A stretch of 60,592 nucleotides of DNA, the filler included, from Circinaria calcarea (Eukaryota): assembly GCA_051942165.1 (NCBI GenBank). It is 12 parts of 12 records of this genome, joined end to end, with 100 filler letters (N's around TTAATTAATTAA, not from the genome) between each part and the next. Parts side by side here need not be neighbours in the genome. Positions count along the whole stretch, not along the records: positions 35,447 to 40,405 come from JAVECS010002106.1; positions 40,506 to 45,460 come from JAVECS010002107.1; positions 45,561 to 50,508 come from JAVECS010002108.1; 9 more parts are not named here. The stretch is one strand, 5' to 3'. The notes beneath the pieces are model-generated. The model worked only from the letters and a program-made list of their open reading frames with translations. It did not search any database and was not told where the DNA came from. Numbering within the stretch: position 1 is the stretch's first letter; each line of letters opens with the position of its first letter. Positions 36,074 through 47,579 of this stretch are shown here, in pieces. Made by a program: the position numbers and the translations under genes.

Positions 36074-38132
36074 ATGAGTGACGATATCGTGCAACCAGCT
36101 GAGCTTGTCAATTCGGCTGGCAAAACCGTTCCAAATTCGCTTGATAGAGTCGGTAAGGTATCCTCTCGACTTGAAAAGGACAACTACTAACAACATCAAT
36201 TGCCGTATAGATCATCCTCCTTCACTGAACCCTGATCCTTCAAGTCATACTACCAACTACACCGATCCACCGCTTTCAAAAGTAGATGCGCTAGGAGAGA
36301 CTGCCGAAGACTCTCCGGGGACTACCTCAGCAGTTTCTGCACCAGAAGCTAGTGAACCGAGGCCACAAGTACCACGAAGTCCGTCTACTGAAGTTATACA
36401 GCCTGCAGTACCATCTCGCTCCTCGTCTAAGTCCAAGATACTTGCAGCCTCCCTGCCCCAAGGGGAATCAACACTCGATAGACAAGAGGCACAGTCTCGG
36501 CCTGAGTCCCAATCTGGCATTAGGAGTATCGAACGTAATGGTAGCATTGCAAGTCGGCGCTCTAGACAAGGAGAGAAAGCTACTACTGCGGGAACGGTGG
36601 GCCAGCCTACAATTCCAGCGACTTCTAGTGCTAAGCCAGTGGTGAATAAGAGGAGGGGCAAGGGATTCTCTAGATTCCTGGGTTATTTGAACTGTTGTAG
36701 CGCGCCTGAGAATGCGAATTCAGTCGGCGGCGAAGATCAACTCGTTCCACCGCGGAAGGTAGCTAAGCTCCAACCTAGTCAAGGAAGGCAGCCAATTCCA
36801 GTTCAGAAACCCGATGCAAGTGCCGCCGAATCGAGCACAGGTGAATCGAAAGAAATGGCCGATGAGAAAATTGGTGGGCCGCCATATTCAGATATCAAGG
36901 CAGCCGAACAGCCAAAAATGCAAGAACGGCCAAAAGAGTTCTTACCCATAGGTAAGCCTAGTGACATTACCTCACAAGACGCCAGTGATGGAAACAGTGA
37001 GGAGAGAGTTGTCATTCAGCAGGCAAACAGCAGTAACGAACCGGAGCCTCTTCCATCGTCACCCAATGCATCCGTTTCAGAAGAACGTGTGGATGAACCT
37101 AGGCAAGCGACTACGCAGCCTGCTGTCCAGCCGCCGGTCATGGCAGTACCAGTAGGAGCACTAACCCAAGCCATGCAGGTTCAAGATGCTACCATCGATG
37201 ATAGGACACCCGAACAAGTACGCAGGGAGAGCGACGTTGAAATGGTTGATGCTCCACCCGAGGAGCCACTTTCGGATGAGCCAATGAAAGACGCCGAGTC
37301 CGGAGTGCCAGAGACTGTGCAGTCTCTACCTCCTCCGCCACCACTGATATCACAAAGCAACCAGGTTGTTCCTAGTAGCGGCACCAATAGAAATTCCACG
37401 AACAGTGCTGGCGTTGCCAACGAGAAGCAGGCATGGCTCCTACCCCCAATCCGTCCTGAGTTTCAAGGAAAGAAATGCTTAGTTCTGGATCTCGACGAGA
37501 CTCTTGTCCATAGTAGCTTCAAGGTACGATCTTCAATGAGTCATCATGTAGCTAAGCTGACCTTGTTAGATATTGCATCAGGCCGATTTCACGATCCCCG
37601 TCGAGATTGAAGGCCAATATCACAATGTATATGTTATAAAACGTCCAGGTGTGGACCAATTCATGAAACGGGTAGGTGAGCTGTACGAGGTAGTCGTCTT
37701 CACTGCTTCTGTTTCCAAGGTAGGCTTCAGGTTCTGTTGTCGAGGGTACTTGCGACGTACTAACCCTTCATAGTATGGAGACCCTCTTCTCGACCAACTC
37801 GACATACATCATGTGGTCCATCATCGCCTCTTTCGTGAGAGCTGTTATAACCACCAAGGCAACTATGTGAAGGTTTGTACGACGCTCTCCCGTTGCACCT
37901 ATATATTGACACAGCCTAGGATCTTTCCCAAGTCGGGCGCGATCTGCGCGAAACCATCATCATTGACAACTCGCCGACGTCGTATATTTTCCATCCACAG
38001 CATGCCGTCCCTATTAGCAGCTGGTTCTCGGACGCGCACGACAACGAGCTTTTGGATCTCATACCTGTCCTCGAGGACCTGGCCGGATCCCAGGTTCGCG
38101 ATGTTAGCCTAGTACTCGATGTAGCATTATAG
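36074..38132 (+). CDS. psr1: Psr1-type HAD/SCP phosphatase (NIF domain)
   Basis: Long disordered N-terminus with [61 protein letters not shown], ends LVLDVAL*; several short introns; start assigned to ATG 36074. Confidence 0.92.
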
Positions 38133-39046
38133 CCGTCTTCTGGAGGCCCCCCATAGCGAGGGTAAGTCATTAGCGGGCGGAGTTTCCAAAACCTGCTGGA
38201 ACTTAGACCTTATCGAGTAATTATTGTAATCAGCATCAAGCGCCTTAACGTGTGGGCTATACTATTCTTCGACGCATCGAGTCCTCGGCCAGCATGGGCA
38301 TTGGAGTAGAAAGAGCCTTCAGATTTCGTGGGGGTAAAAGGTTCATGTCCTAGGACATACAGGTCATTTTTGGTATTTTTGGTTCAAGAGTCGTGTTGTT
38401 CACTTCAGTGGGAGTGAGTCTCTAACATTGTATTTTGTCGGCGTCACAGACCTTAATGTTGGCTCTGCTGATGAGCGAACTGTTCTCAATCAGATTGTCA
38501 TCAAAGGCTTGACATATCAGGCGGGTCTTATGTTGTCATTCTAGCTCGACCTATGCATACTGGCAGGCAGTGCTCGCTTGATAGACCGTCTATCATTGTC
38601 GGGCCAGAGCTGTGCTTCCTGAAGAAAGGATAGTTCTAGATGGCAGAGCTCGAGCGATTTGGCGTCCAGATACCGTGATATGTTGCGGAAAATAGGAGGT
38701 GCTCAATCTCCTACAATGCCAGAGATCCATGATTGCGAGATCAGCGTCCTGTGACGTCCGAGATAGACTGTGCTCGTCGTAATGCTTTGGAAACCGACCA
38801 AGCCCTACGTCTAGAAAGAGAGCGTTCGACCCGGGGCGACCTTAGCGAAACCCTTATATCTCCAATAGTTCATCTTAATCAACACATTCAAAGCCGGGAC
38901 GGTGCGTAAGCGTTTTCTCGACCCGAAGGTCACATGGACCAGCACGTCTGGTATTTGGTGCTGATGTAGCAAAATTCTTGAAATCACCCGTCATTCAGCT
39001 TTCCCTATCGCCCCGCCATAGAAAATATAGTAGAGTCTCCGCCATC

Positions 39047-40405
39047 ATGCCTCAAGCCGGTGAAGCCTCTGCAAACCTACCGACGAACCGCAGCTCTTCT
39101 TCTACAAGTATCAACGGCTGGGATGGAAAGCTACGGCTGGACAAGAGAGCCGTACTCTCGAACCCGGAGGCACTCTCGGATCCGGACTATTCGGACGAGG
39201 ATGCGCCGCCGGTGGAGCAGATAGACGCTGACGAGGGTCAGTGAACAATGTGGTGTTCGCGTCAGATGTTAATCGGCTTTTCCGTTAGATCTGCTGGAGG
39301 ACTACGAAACCGACACCGATGTATGGCGCACCTTGATAGTCTTGGACGTCGGATCATCTGCTGACTCCTTGGTACCGGCTCCTTTAGGACATTGACCTTG
39401 TTCACCGACGGGTCTCGTCGATTCCAGCCCTCCACCTCGAGCGCTTTACCAACGTTCTGGTATAAAATCTCCAAAGGCCCCATCAGAGCTAGATGGTCCC
39501 AAACAATGCATGGCTTACCAGGCTTCACAGAAGTTGTGTCTTCGCCAGAACCAGATCTCTCGAATCGAAATCCCCGAGTCGCTAGGGGAGAAGCTACAGG
39601 ACTTGGATCTGTATGACAATCTGATCTCCCATATCAACGGCCTGGAGAACCTCGTCCACCTCACGAGCTTGGACTTGAGCTTTAATAAGATCAAGCACCT
39701 CAAGAATATAAACCACCTGAAGCAGCTCAAGGACCTTTACTTTGTCCAGAATAGAATTCAAAGGATCGAGGGGCTGGAAGGCTTGTCTAATGTGCGAAAC
39801 TTGGAACTGGCTGCAAATCGAATCAGGGTATGCCTATTTGCGGTTCTGCATAACGAAAGCCATGTCGCTAGATAACAAGTAGGAAATTGAAAATCTCGAG
39901 ACCTTGACCGGTTTAGAAGAGCTTTGGCTCGGCAAGAATAAGATCACAGAACTCAAGGTACTGTCGAGCCTCTCTAAGCATCATCCTTCGCTATACTCAT
40001 TCCCTCGTTATAGAACCTCGGCGCCCTCACCTCTTTGAAAATTCTTTCCTTGCAATCCAACCGCCTCCCTGAAATCACCGCATTAGACTCCCTCGCCACA
40101 CTCGAGGAGCTTTACATATCCCATAACGCACTTACCTCAATCTCCGGCCTCTCCTCGAACTTCTCCCTCCGCGTCCTTGACATCTCCAACAACCAGATCG
40201 CCCATCTTACCAATCTTTCCCATCTGATAAAGTTAGAGGAGCTCTGGGCGAGCTCGAATTTATTAGCGAGCTTTGATGAGGTAGAGAAGGAGTTGGGGGA
40301 CAAGAAACATCTGAATACGGTTTATTTCGAGATGAATCCGATGCAACTAGCGAACAAGGTATTGTATCGAAACAAGGTTCGCCTGGCATTGCCGCAGGTG
40401 CAACA
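39047..40405 (+). CDS. sds22: Protein phosphatase 1 regulatory subunit Sds22 (LRR), 3'-truncated
   Basis: GWDGKLR..LSDPDYSDEDAPPVEQIDADE/DLL, KLCLRQNQI, LDLYDNLI, LDLSFNKIK, LYFVQNRI, LWLGKNKI, LNTVYFEMNP..YRNKVRLALPQ. Confidence 0.93.
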
Positions 40406-40505
40406 NNNNNNNNNNNNNNNNNNNNNNNNNNNNNNNNNNNNNNNNNNNNTTAATTAATTAANNNNNNNNNNNNNNNNNNNNNNNNNNNNNNNNNNNNNNN
40501 NNNNN
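40406..40505. other. Artificial contig linker
   Basis: N44-TTAATTAATTAA-N44. Confidence 0.99.
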
Positions 40506-40787
40506 AACAGGGTATTACGACGAAAGCGGTGGAGAGGTGGAAAGCAGAGATGCCGACGGAGCAGGAGATGGTGCCCAAGGACAAATACACAATGTTCGAT
40601 CGGAAGGAGAAGAGGTATCGGAAGGGAGTGCATAGTGAGTGAACCTCGTTTACCCAGATAGGGTACATACTGGTATCCAGATAGAGAGTGGAGGGGCAGC
40701 TTTTGAGAACTGGTCTGACTCATGTATGAAACAGAGCTTCCGAAGTGGACGAGAGTTAGCCAGAGAGTGAATCCTCCAGGTTTCTAG
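40506..40787 (+). CDS. mrpl31: Mitochondrial ribosomal protein L31 (mL60), 3' part
   Basis: RWKAEMPTEQEMVPKDKYTMFDRKEKRYRKGVH/KLPKWTRVSQRVNPPGF*; intron 40635..40734; not in the ORF track. Confidence 0.9.
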
Positions 40788-43189
40788 GGGTCGGAAGATT
40801 ATACTTGCGGCGGAAATGGAAGCGATGGCTGTCTGAATCAGCATATTTGGAGCGCTTACAGGGCGTTAGGCAGGATTCTGTAGAACACATGTACTAAAAG
40901 CGAATGCATCTACGAAGACTTATACACTCTGGCTTCGGGCCTCGTTTCGGAATGTTGTTGAGTCTTTAACGTTGTGAATCAGTGGAAAGGTTCGTAGCGA
41001 TGGTTACTGTAGTGTACAAGTCAATGTTCTAACAAGGATTTGTCGTTATATCTCTAGTTTCTATGTTTGAATGGTTTTGAAGTGCCAGCTCTCATTGATT
41101 TAGAGATTCAAGTTCATCATTTCCTATCCCTATAGAGTTTCATCCTTATTGAGATATCTCAACTTGTCGATAATAAACTGTCCGCCATTATTCACAATTG
41201 AAATCTTCATCCTGCTAACTCACCTAACGCTCTACTTTTGTACAGGATGGCTAACATGTGAGAGACATCTACTTCTCCCTAACTTTTAGTAGATACGATT
41301 ATCTAGAAACATTAAAGACAAGAATCTCAGTTCCTATACCAGGCACTCCCCTGCTAACTCTTTCTCACAATTCTCAATTGTATTTTATCCAAGACTTCCA
41401 CTACTCATTGGAAGTCTCGCGTCACCGACCCATATCCCTTCTTCAACTACTAACGGTAACTTTCAATCCCTTTACTCCCTTGACTTCTCTTTCAAATCCT
41501 CCATTTCTTCCGTCTCCGTTACCATATCCTCCATCTCCTTATCTCCATCCCTCGCCAGCTTCTCAAACTTTGCTTTGCTCTCCTTTAAACTACTTCACTT
41601 CTTCGCCATCGTGAAAATCCGCGGTGTTAGCTGCCAGTCATTTCTTCGTGATTGTGTTTCCTTTCTGTCCGTTCGCGCACCCACCCCACCAGCATTGTCT
41701 CCCTCAAACAAGAAACAGGAAGACCTACACATACCTTTGATAATGGCACGCCGACCTCCCACACCAACTTGATCATTGGCATGATAAACACAGCTCTCAG
41801 CTCCCTATCGCTTGCATTTGTCCGGTTTACCCTTATCAACGACTCTATCCCAAGCGGCAACGACATTGGTACAAAGGGTATTAAACGCTGAGGTCGAATG
41901 AGAACCGCCAGGACGGACATGAGCAGAGGTGCGATTGGTAAAGCTCTAGAAGGAATGGCAATGTGAGAAGGTGATATCTTTATGGATCCTCTGATACTAA
42001 GCTTGAAAGGGGATCAGGCCAAGAGGAAGCAATCATGTGACTGTTTTTCTTTGACAATTAACGGAGTTGGTAGAGGACTAATATGGGCTGCCATGGATGT
42101 TTTATTTCGAGTCTCATAGTATGGAAGGGTAGATCAAGAGCCACGATCATAAGCAATAACTAAACTAATCGGGACAGTGACAACACTCTTATGCAGTCGC
42201 TTAAAGTCTACAGTGCTTACAAACCTTCCTTCTCCTCGATATACACACTCATGCCTTTCGTATTCGTGAACTGGACATTGATGAATGGAGACGGGTTGGT
42301 GAAGGTCCACGAGTGGATCTGTGTAATCGTTTTGGCAAGTTCGTCCTTTTCATCGTTTGAGAGGGAGCAATTGTGGGAGTATATCGTAGGGAGGTATAAT
42401 TCGAGTGTGAAGAACGTAGCAGGTATGCTTCTCGGTTGAACCGTTTGAATGGGTTTATAGGGATGATTGTTACCGGATGGGGAGGTTTAGGGCTACACTA
42501 TCTTAGTGGGGGCGGGTATCGTGCATTAGATACCTGCAGAGATCGACAGCTATGGTAAGGTAGGGAAGCTTAGGTACCTTACGGAGTAGGTTAGGTATAT
42601 ACCTTATTTTTAGGTCACGGTCAACGACATGGTACTAATAAGATGGCCTCCTTTCTATTCACTACATCCTAATTGGCTCGTTCTTTCAAATCGGTATTCT
42701 AGATGGATAAGTTTGATATTCTACGTGATGGAATAGGTGATTGTGGTTCTTGTAATGCTGGATATGAAACGACACATTGACCATCGCTCTGATGGTAAAC
42801 CCAGTACGGAGTATCAGCTGTTTCTATCTAGTTTCGATTCTCTACAACTGTCATTGCCCGCCTGAACTTTGAGGTAAAATGAGTGCTTGCGGAAACAGAC
42901 GCTCTGAGATATGACGCACATGTTATGGTGTACAGCCGCTCGAATGATCCTAGAACTAAGAATATCGCCGTGGATGAGACAAGATGGATATAGCGTGATA
43001 CAAAACAATCTATCCCTTTTGTTTCTGGCTTTGGCGACCATCTTCGTGAGAATTTGAGGGATAATTCAGACATGATGTCTAACAATGCAGTCGATATGTT
43101 CTTCCTTCTAAATAACACTGTAACCTATTGACAGGGCTCACCACCAATACTATTCTTACTCAACGACAACATCCTCATTTACAGTCATC

Positions 43190-44444
43190 ATGGATCCACT
43201 CAGATTCATTGCCACGGACCTGACAGATCCTGCGCCTGCTTTCCCAGAGCCCGATTTCACTTTTTGTGATGCCAGCTATGGCCATGATCTCGTGCGTCTA
43301 GAGTGCTTACAGGCAGCCAATGCACTTCCACATGGGTCGCTAGCATGGCCGTATGCCCTAAGACCGACACCCGGCTTCAACGCACCGTTTCGACTACCTA
43401 TCAGTCTAAATATGGGTAAGTTGGTCAAAGGGCAGCCAAGATTCCCATCTTTCCGAGAGTATCCTAATATCTTTAGGTGGTTGCTACATCTCTGTCGAGG
43501 CAGCTGGTCCAAGGTTCCCACCGGCAGTTAATGTGCCTCCGAGTCATCTACGTTTATTAGCCGCCATCACGATCCAGAAATGCGTCGATAAGCGGCCTAG
43601 CTTCGGGGGCTTCTCAACCTACGGCCTTCATCACATTTTCGATCCCCTCCTGGATGTGAGCCGTGACATGAATGAACCATTACCTCCCTCCACCACATTT
43701 CTCACACTGACCGTCAGCGGCCCAGAGAAAAAGCTGTCTTCTCCTGGGAACACGGACCCTTCGATCCTTCTTGCCCTTGCGCAAAAATACAGATTCAAAT
43801 CACTAGGCGAGCAAGCCGGAAGCGAGGCCTGGTCGTTCTACACTTTCATGGGCTTGTGTTGCAGGATCGATGCAGAAACCGCTACAAGAAATGGTAGATG
43901 GTCGTGGGATGAAGTAGCAGGTTGCCGTGATCCAACTGGGGCCCGTACCCGCCAAAACGCACTGCTCGCATCGGAAAAGATGACTTATGACTGCGACGCC
44001 AACCTTGGCAGGCCTGCTCCTCAAGATTGCCTCCAACTCGAATGGTCGCAGCCTCCTTCCTCGGATACACTTCACGTCGGACCCGGTCATGCAACTTTCC
44101 TACATCAAAATTCCTGCTACCTGGCCGTCACAGCTAGCGTAGCGCTCGTCCTGACCTGGGAGCAAATCCGAGCCGCCGTGAACTCTCTTTTCCATGTTTG
44201 CATCAACCATCCGTATAATCCGGTACAAGGAGGAAGGGCCTTTTATAAGCCGCCGCGGCCGGCCAGCGGACGGAGGACGCGCCGAGACGGCGTTCTTTCT
44301 GGACTCAACGCCCTCCCTCCCCATGCCAATATTACGGTTTTCCAGCAACTAGAAGCTTGGACCGATGCCAGCCGCGAGCTGAAATCGTGCACTTGGAAGG
44401 CGGTGACCGAGGGAAACCCTGTGTCCAAATGTCATACCGCTTGA
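43190..44444 (+). CDS. Uncharacterised Cys-containing protein with two internally similar domains (KP4/Ecp2-like pattern)
   Basis: Exons 43190..43415 and 43477..44444 (GTAAGT..CTAAT..TAG intron) join into a 397-aa frame; the 5' end may extend further. Confidence 0.75.
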
Positions 44445-45460
44445 AAAAGCTTCGGGGTCCACTCCTCCGATTTTGGAAGCCAGATCTCCAGGGGAGAAGA
44501 AATGTGTAAAGGCGGATGAATATCGTGGTGGGGCAACATCCTTTGCGGTTTCCAGATAATTCGAAGCACATTTTCACATTGTAAACGCGAAGCCCCCCCG
44601 CTTCCTATTTAGATCTCAATTTACCTGCCTCTCTCCAAAGTATTCTAATGACCACGAACCCCCTGCCACAACCCTCCACAAATAATCCCGGGGCAACATC
44701 CCAAAAACCAAGACTTCGGATACGACAGGATTGTGTTTATGTCGTGTGGCACTTTTTCCCACTGGCGGGGAGCCTCCCCCCCATGCAATAGGTATCTCCA
44801 ACTACAACATTCACATCAAGCCAGCGGCAGCTGTAGCGGCCGCCATGTAGATACTCTACATACAGAAAGGTTATCCCCTCCCCGCACCTCCCCGCAAGGA
44901 AATATCCTGTGTAAACAGTCCAAGGGGGGGGGGGGAGAATAAATATAGCCATCATGCACTAAGCACGTGAGGGTGGGACTTGATTAAGTCCCCCAGCATC
45001 GAATGCTTCCTTTTCCTTTTTCCTTTTCCCGTAAATACATGAGAGGTAGGGGTACAGTACGCAGTACGGGGATAGGATGGTACTACGGTTTGTGGGGGAA
45101 AGTGGGCACGGGGAGGGAGGGGATTCGAACACGAAGCAGACAGAGCAGAAAATAAAGATATGCAACCAACCAGCCTTTGGAAATTACCCCCAACCCAACC
45201 CCGCAGAAAAATATCAAAAACAAAATACAAAAAACCTTGACTCCGTAACTTTCCGCACACTCGAAAAGCATTCATTTATTTAAATCTGAGAAACCAAGAG
45301 CAACCGAGTTGGAAAAAAAAAAAAGTTTTCACTCTGGAGAGGAAGCGAGTCGATTGTTCCGAAAAGATAAAGAAAGATAAAAACGCAGACCCAAGGGCGA
45401 AATCTTATGATATATGTATCCATCCCTCCTTCCAAAAAGAACCCCCCCGTAATATAAAAC

Positions 45461-45560
45461 NNNNNNNNNNNNNNNNNNNNNNNNNNNNNNNNNNNNNNNN
45501 NNNNTTAATTAATTAANNNNNNNNNNNNNNNNNNNNNNNNNNNNNNNNNNNNNNNNNNNN
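45461..45560. other. Artificial contig linker
   Basis: N44-TTAATTAATTAA-N44. Confidence 0.99.
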
Positions 45561-46128
45561 TCTCCACCTCACCCTCCCCATAACCCAAACCTGCCGCACT
45601 CTCCGCCACGAATCCCTCGAGCTCTTTGACAACCACGCCCTCCCCTTTCCCACCATCAACCGGCTCTACCTCTTTCTCCGGTGCATCGGCCGCTCACGGC
45701 GCGGGCAGCTCCGCTCCCTCGCCTTCAAATACTGCACCGACAGCGGCATCGCGACGGGCCAGCGCAAGTGGGAGGAGATCGAGCTCGTCCAGCGGACGTT
45801 CAAGCTGCTGAAGAAGGAGTGCAAGGCGCTGGCGGAGCTGGAGGTGTACGTGTGTGAGAGGACGATGAAAAGGGACTTGTTCCACTGGGATGATTCGGAG
45901 TATCATAAGGATCTACATGCTGCGGGGGCGAAGATCTTGACGGTATTTGGGATGAGGGAGTTGGGGCGGCTGAGGGGCTTGAAGGTGGTGAGGTTTGTGG
46001 AGTATGGAGGGCCGCCGGTGGAAGAGAAGGTGGTTTTGGAGAAGCTTGCGGAGAGGATGATGGCGCAGCCGGGGGAGAAAGTTCCAGGGAAGGAGGTTGG
46101 TACAAAGGCTCGTTCTATTGGAGAGTGA
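45561..46128 (+). CDS. 3' part of a fungal F-box-associated/DUF7730-like protein (5'-truncated)
   Basis: Open frame LPITQTCRTLRHESLELFDNHALPFPTINRLYLFLRCIG..LRSLAF..LGRLRGLKVVRFVE..*, matching the TCRxxxxExxxxxxxNxxxF...FL..IG pattern of this family. Confidence 0.6.
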
Positions 46129-47579
46129 CGGGGGAAGTGAGTTTTGATTGGCTGCCATATGACACTTACGACATGGAGCTGGAGGTGAAGACAGGTCACT
46201 TTGTGCTTTCTTGGGTCATATCAAGCGATAGAGCCGTTCTCTGGACCTCTGCATACTAGGAGTTATACATCGGCATTAGAAATGGGCATTGCCAAGGGAA
46301 TTTTCTGTGGCGGAGGTCTGCCGTACTCTTTGATTGAGAAAAGTAAATGCTGTCAAAGAAAGATTGTTGAACCATTAGAGGTCGTGGGGCGTATACACTC
46401 GATACTAATATTGTCGACGTTAAACACGCAGGCATAAATTCCGTCAAAGCGATACTAATTCAAACAGTGTACAACCTGCGTTCCCCTTTCTACTGCTCGA
46501 TTGCATAACCATCAATCTTCCGACAGTAGGTAGCGAGCATGAAATATGACCTCTATGGCTGTAACAAGAATGGCCAATGGGGCGATAAGTCCGGGGGGCT
46601 TTTCCTTTCCGTCGCGTTGTTCTCCTTTTGGTTCGAAATTGAATATACCAATTGTACGTAAATATGACGAAATAAAATTGTCCAAAAGCGATCGATACCC
46701 TTTTTGAGGAGGAGGAGGAGGAGGAGAAAGGAGATCTTATCGAAGATACCCCGTCCTTTAACAACCCCCACCACCAGAACAGAACCAACCTAACGGGGCC
46801 CGCCCGGAAATGTCGCGCCTGAAATCACACTAGTCGGGTGAGGAAGACATACGAGATGATGAACGAGACCGGGGAGAAATAGGGAGAAATATAAAAAGAG
46901 ATGGAAATAGGAGAGATGTAGTGGAGGCGGATGATAAAGGATTAAGCCGATGGCGGCAAATATAAGAAGGTGTTTTTTACGTAGCAGGTTCCATGAAGAA
47001 GAGTCTGTTGGTTTAGTATTGGCGAGGAGCTTCCGTCGAAGTTTTGGACCCAAATGTCGGCGTTGCTGGTTTCATTGTCAAGAGGGAGCTGTTAGTAGTC
47101 ATGGGTAAGTGTAGAACCCGCTTTTCTGGCTGAGGGAATGGAATGGCTGGCTGGCTGATATTCTGCAGGCACCCCGGGTATGCATAGTCATTAGGATGTC
47201 GACATCGATGATGACAGCACTTCTCTAGAAAATGAAGGTGATACACTTGAAGTCCATAACGCAAATATCCATCACGGCCCTGCTGGCAGTGCCATTGCTG
47301 CTAAGGGAACAGAAATCTGCCCTGGGCACCCAGGTGAATTCCTTGACAGTCTAACGATTACAAGATGATATGCAAGTGGTTGAGCTTTTTTGTCAAGATA
47401 TTGATAAGAAGAAAAAGAACGACGTACTGTTTAGAATTTATTGTAAGTCCAAATTCAGCATAATTGGTCCTTGTGTTATTAATAATAGCAGTTTACTTCA
47501 TGGAAATGTGTTCAATAGAGACTGTTGGCTCCCGAGCGATTGGTGAATAGTCCCCGACCGTCGTTGGTGTTAACTAGGC

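Noticed and set aside
36074..40405. psr1 plus sds22 as a phosphatase gene cluster
   Set aside because: Two housekeeping genes of unrelated phosphatase systems; adjacency alone is no evidence of shared function
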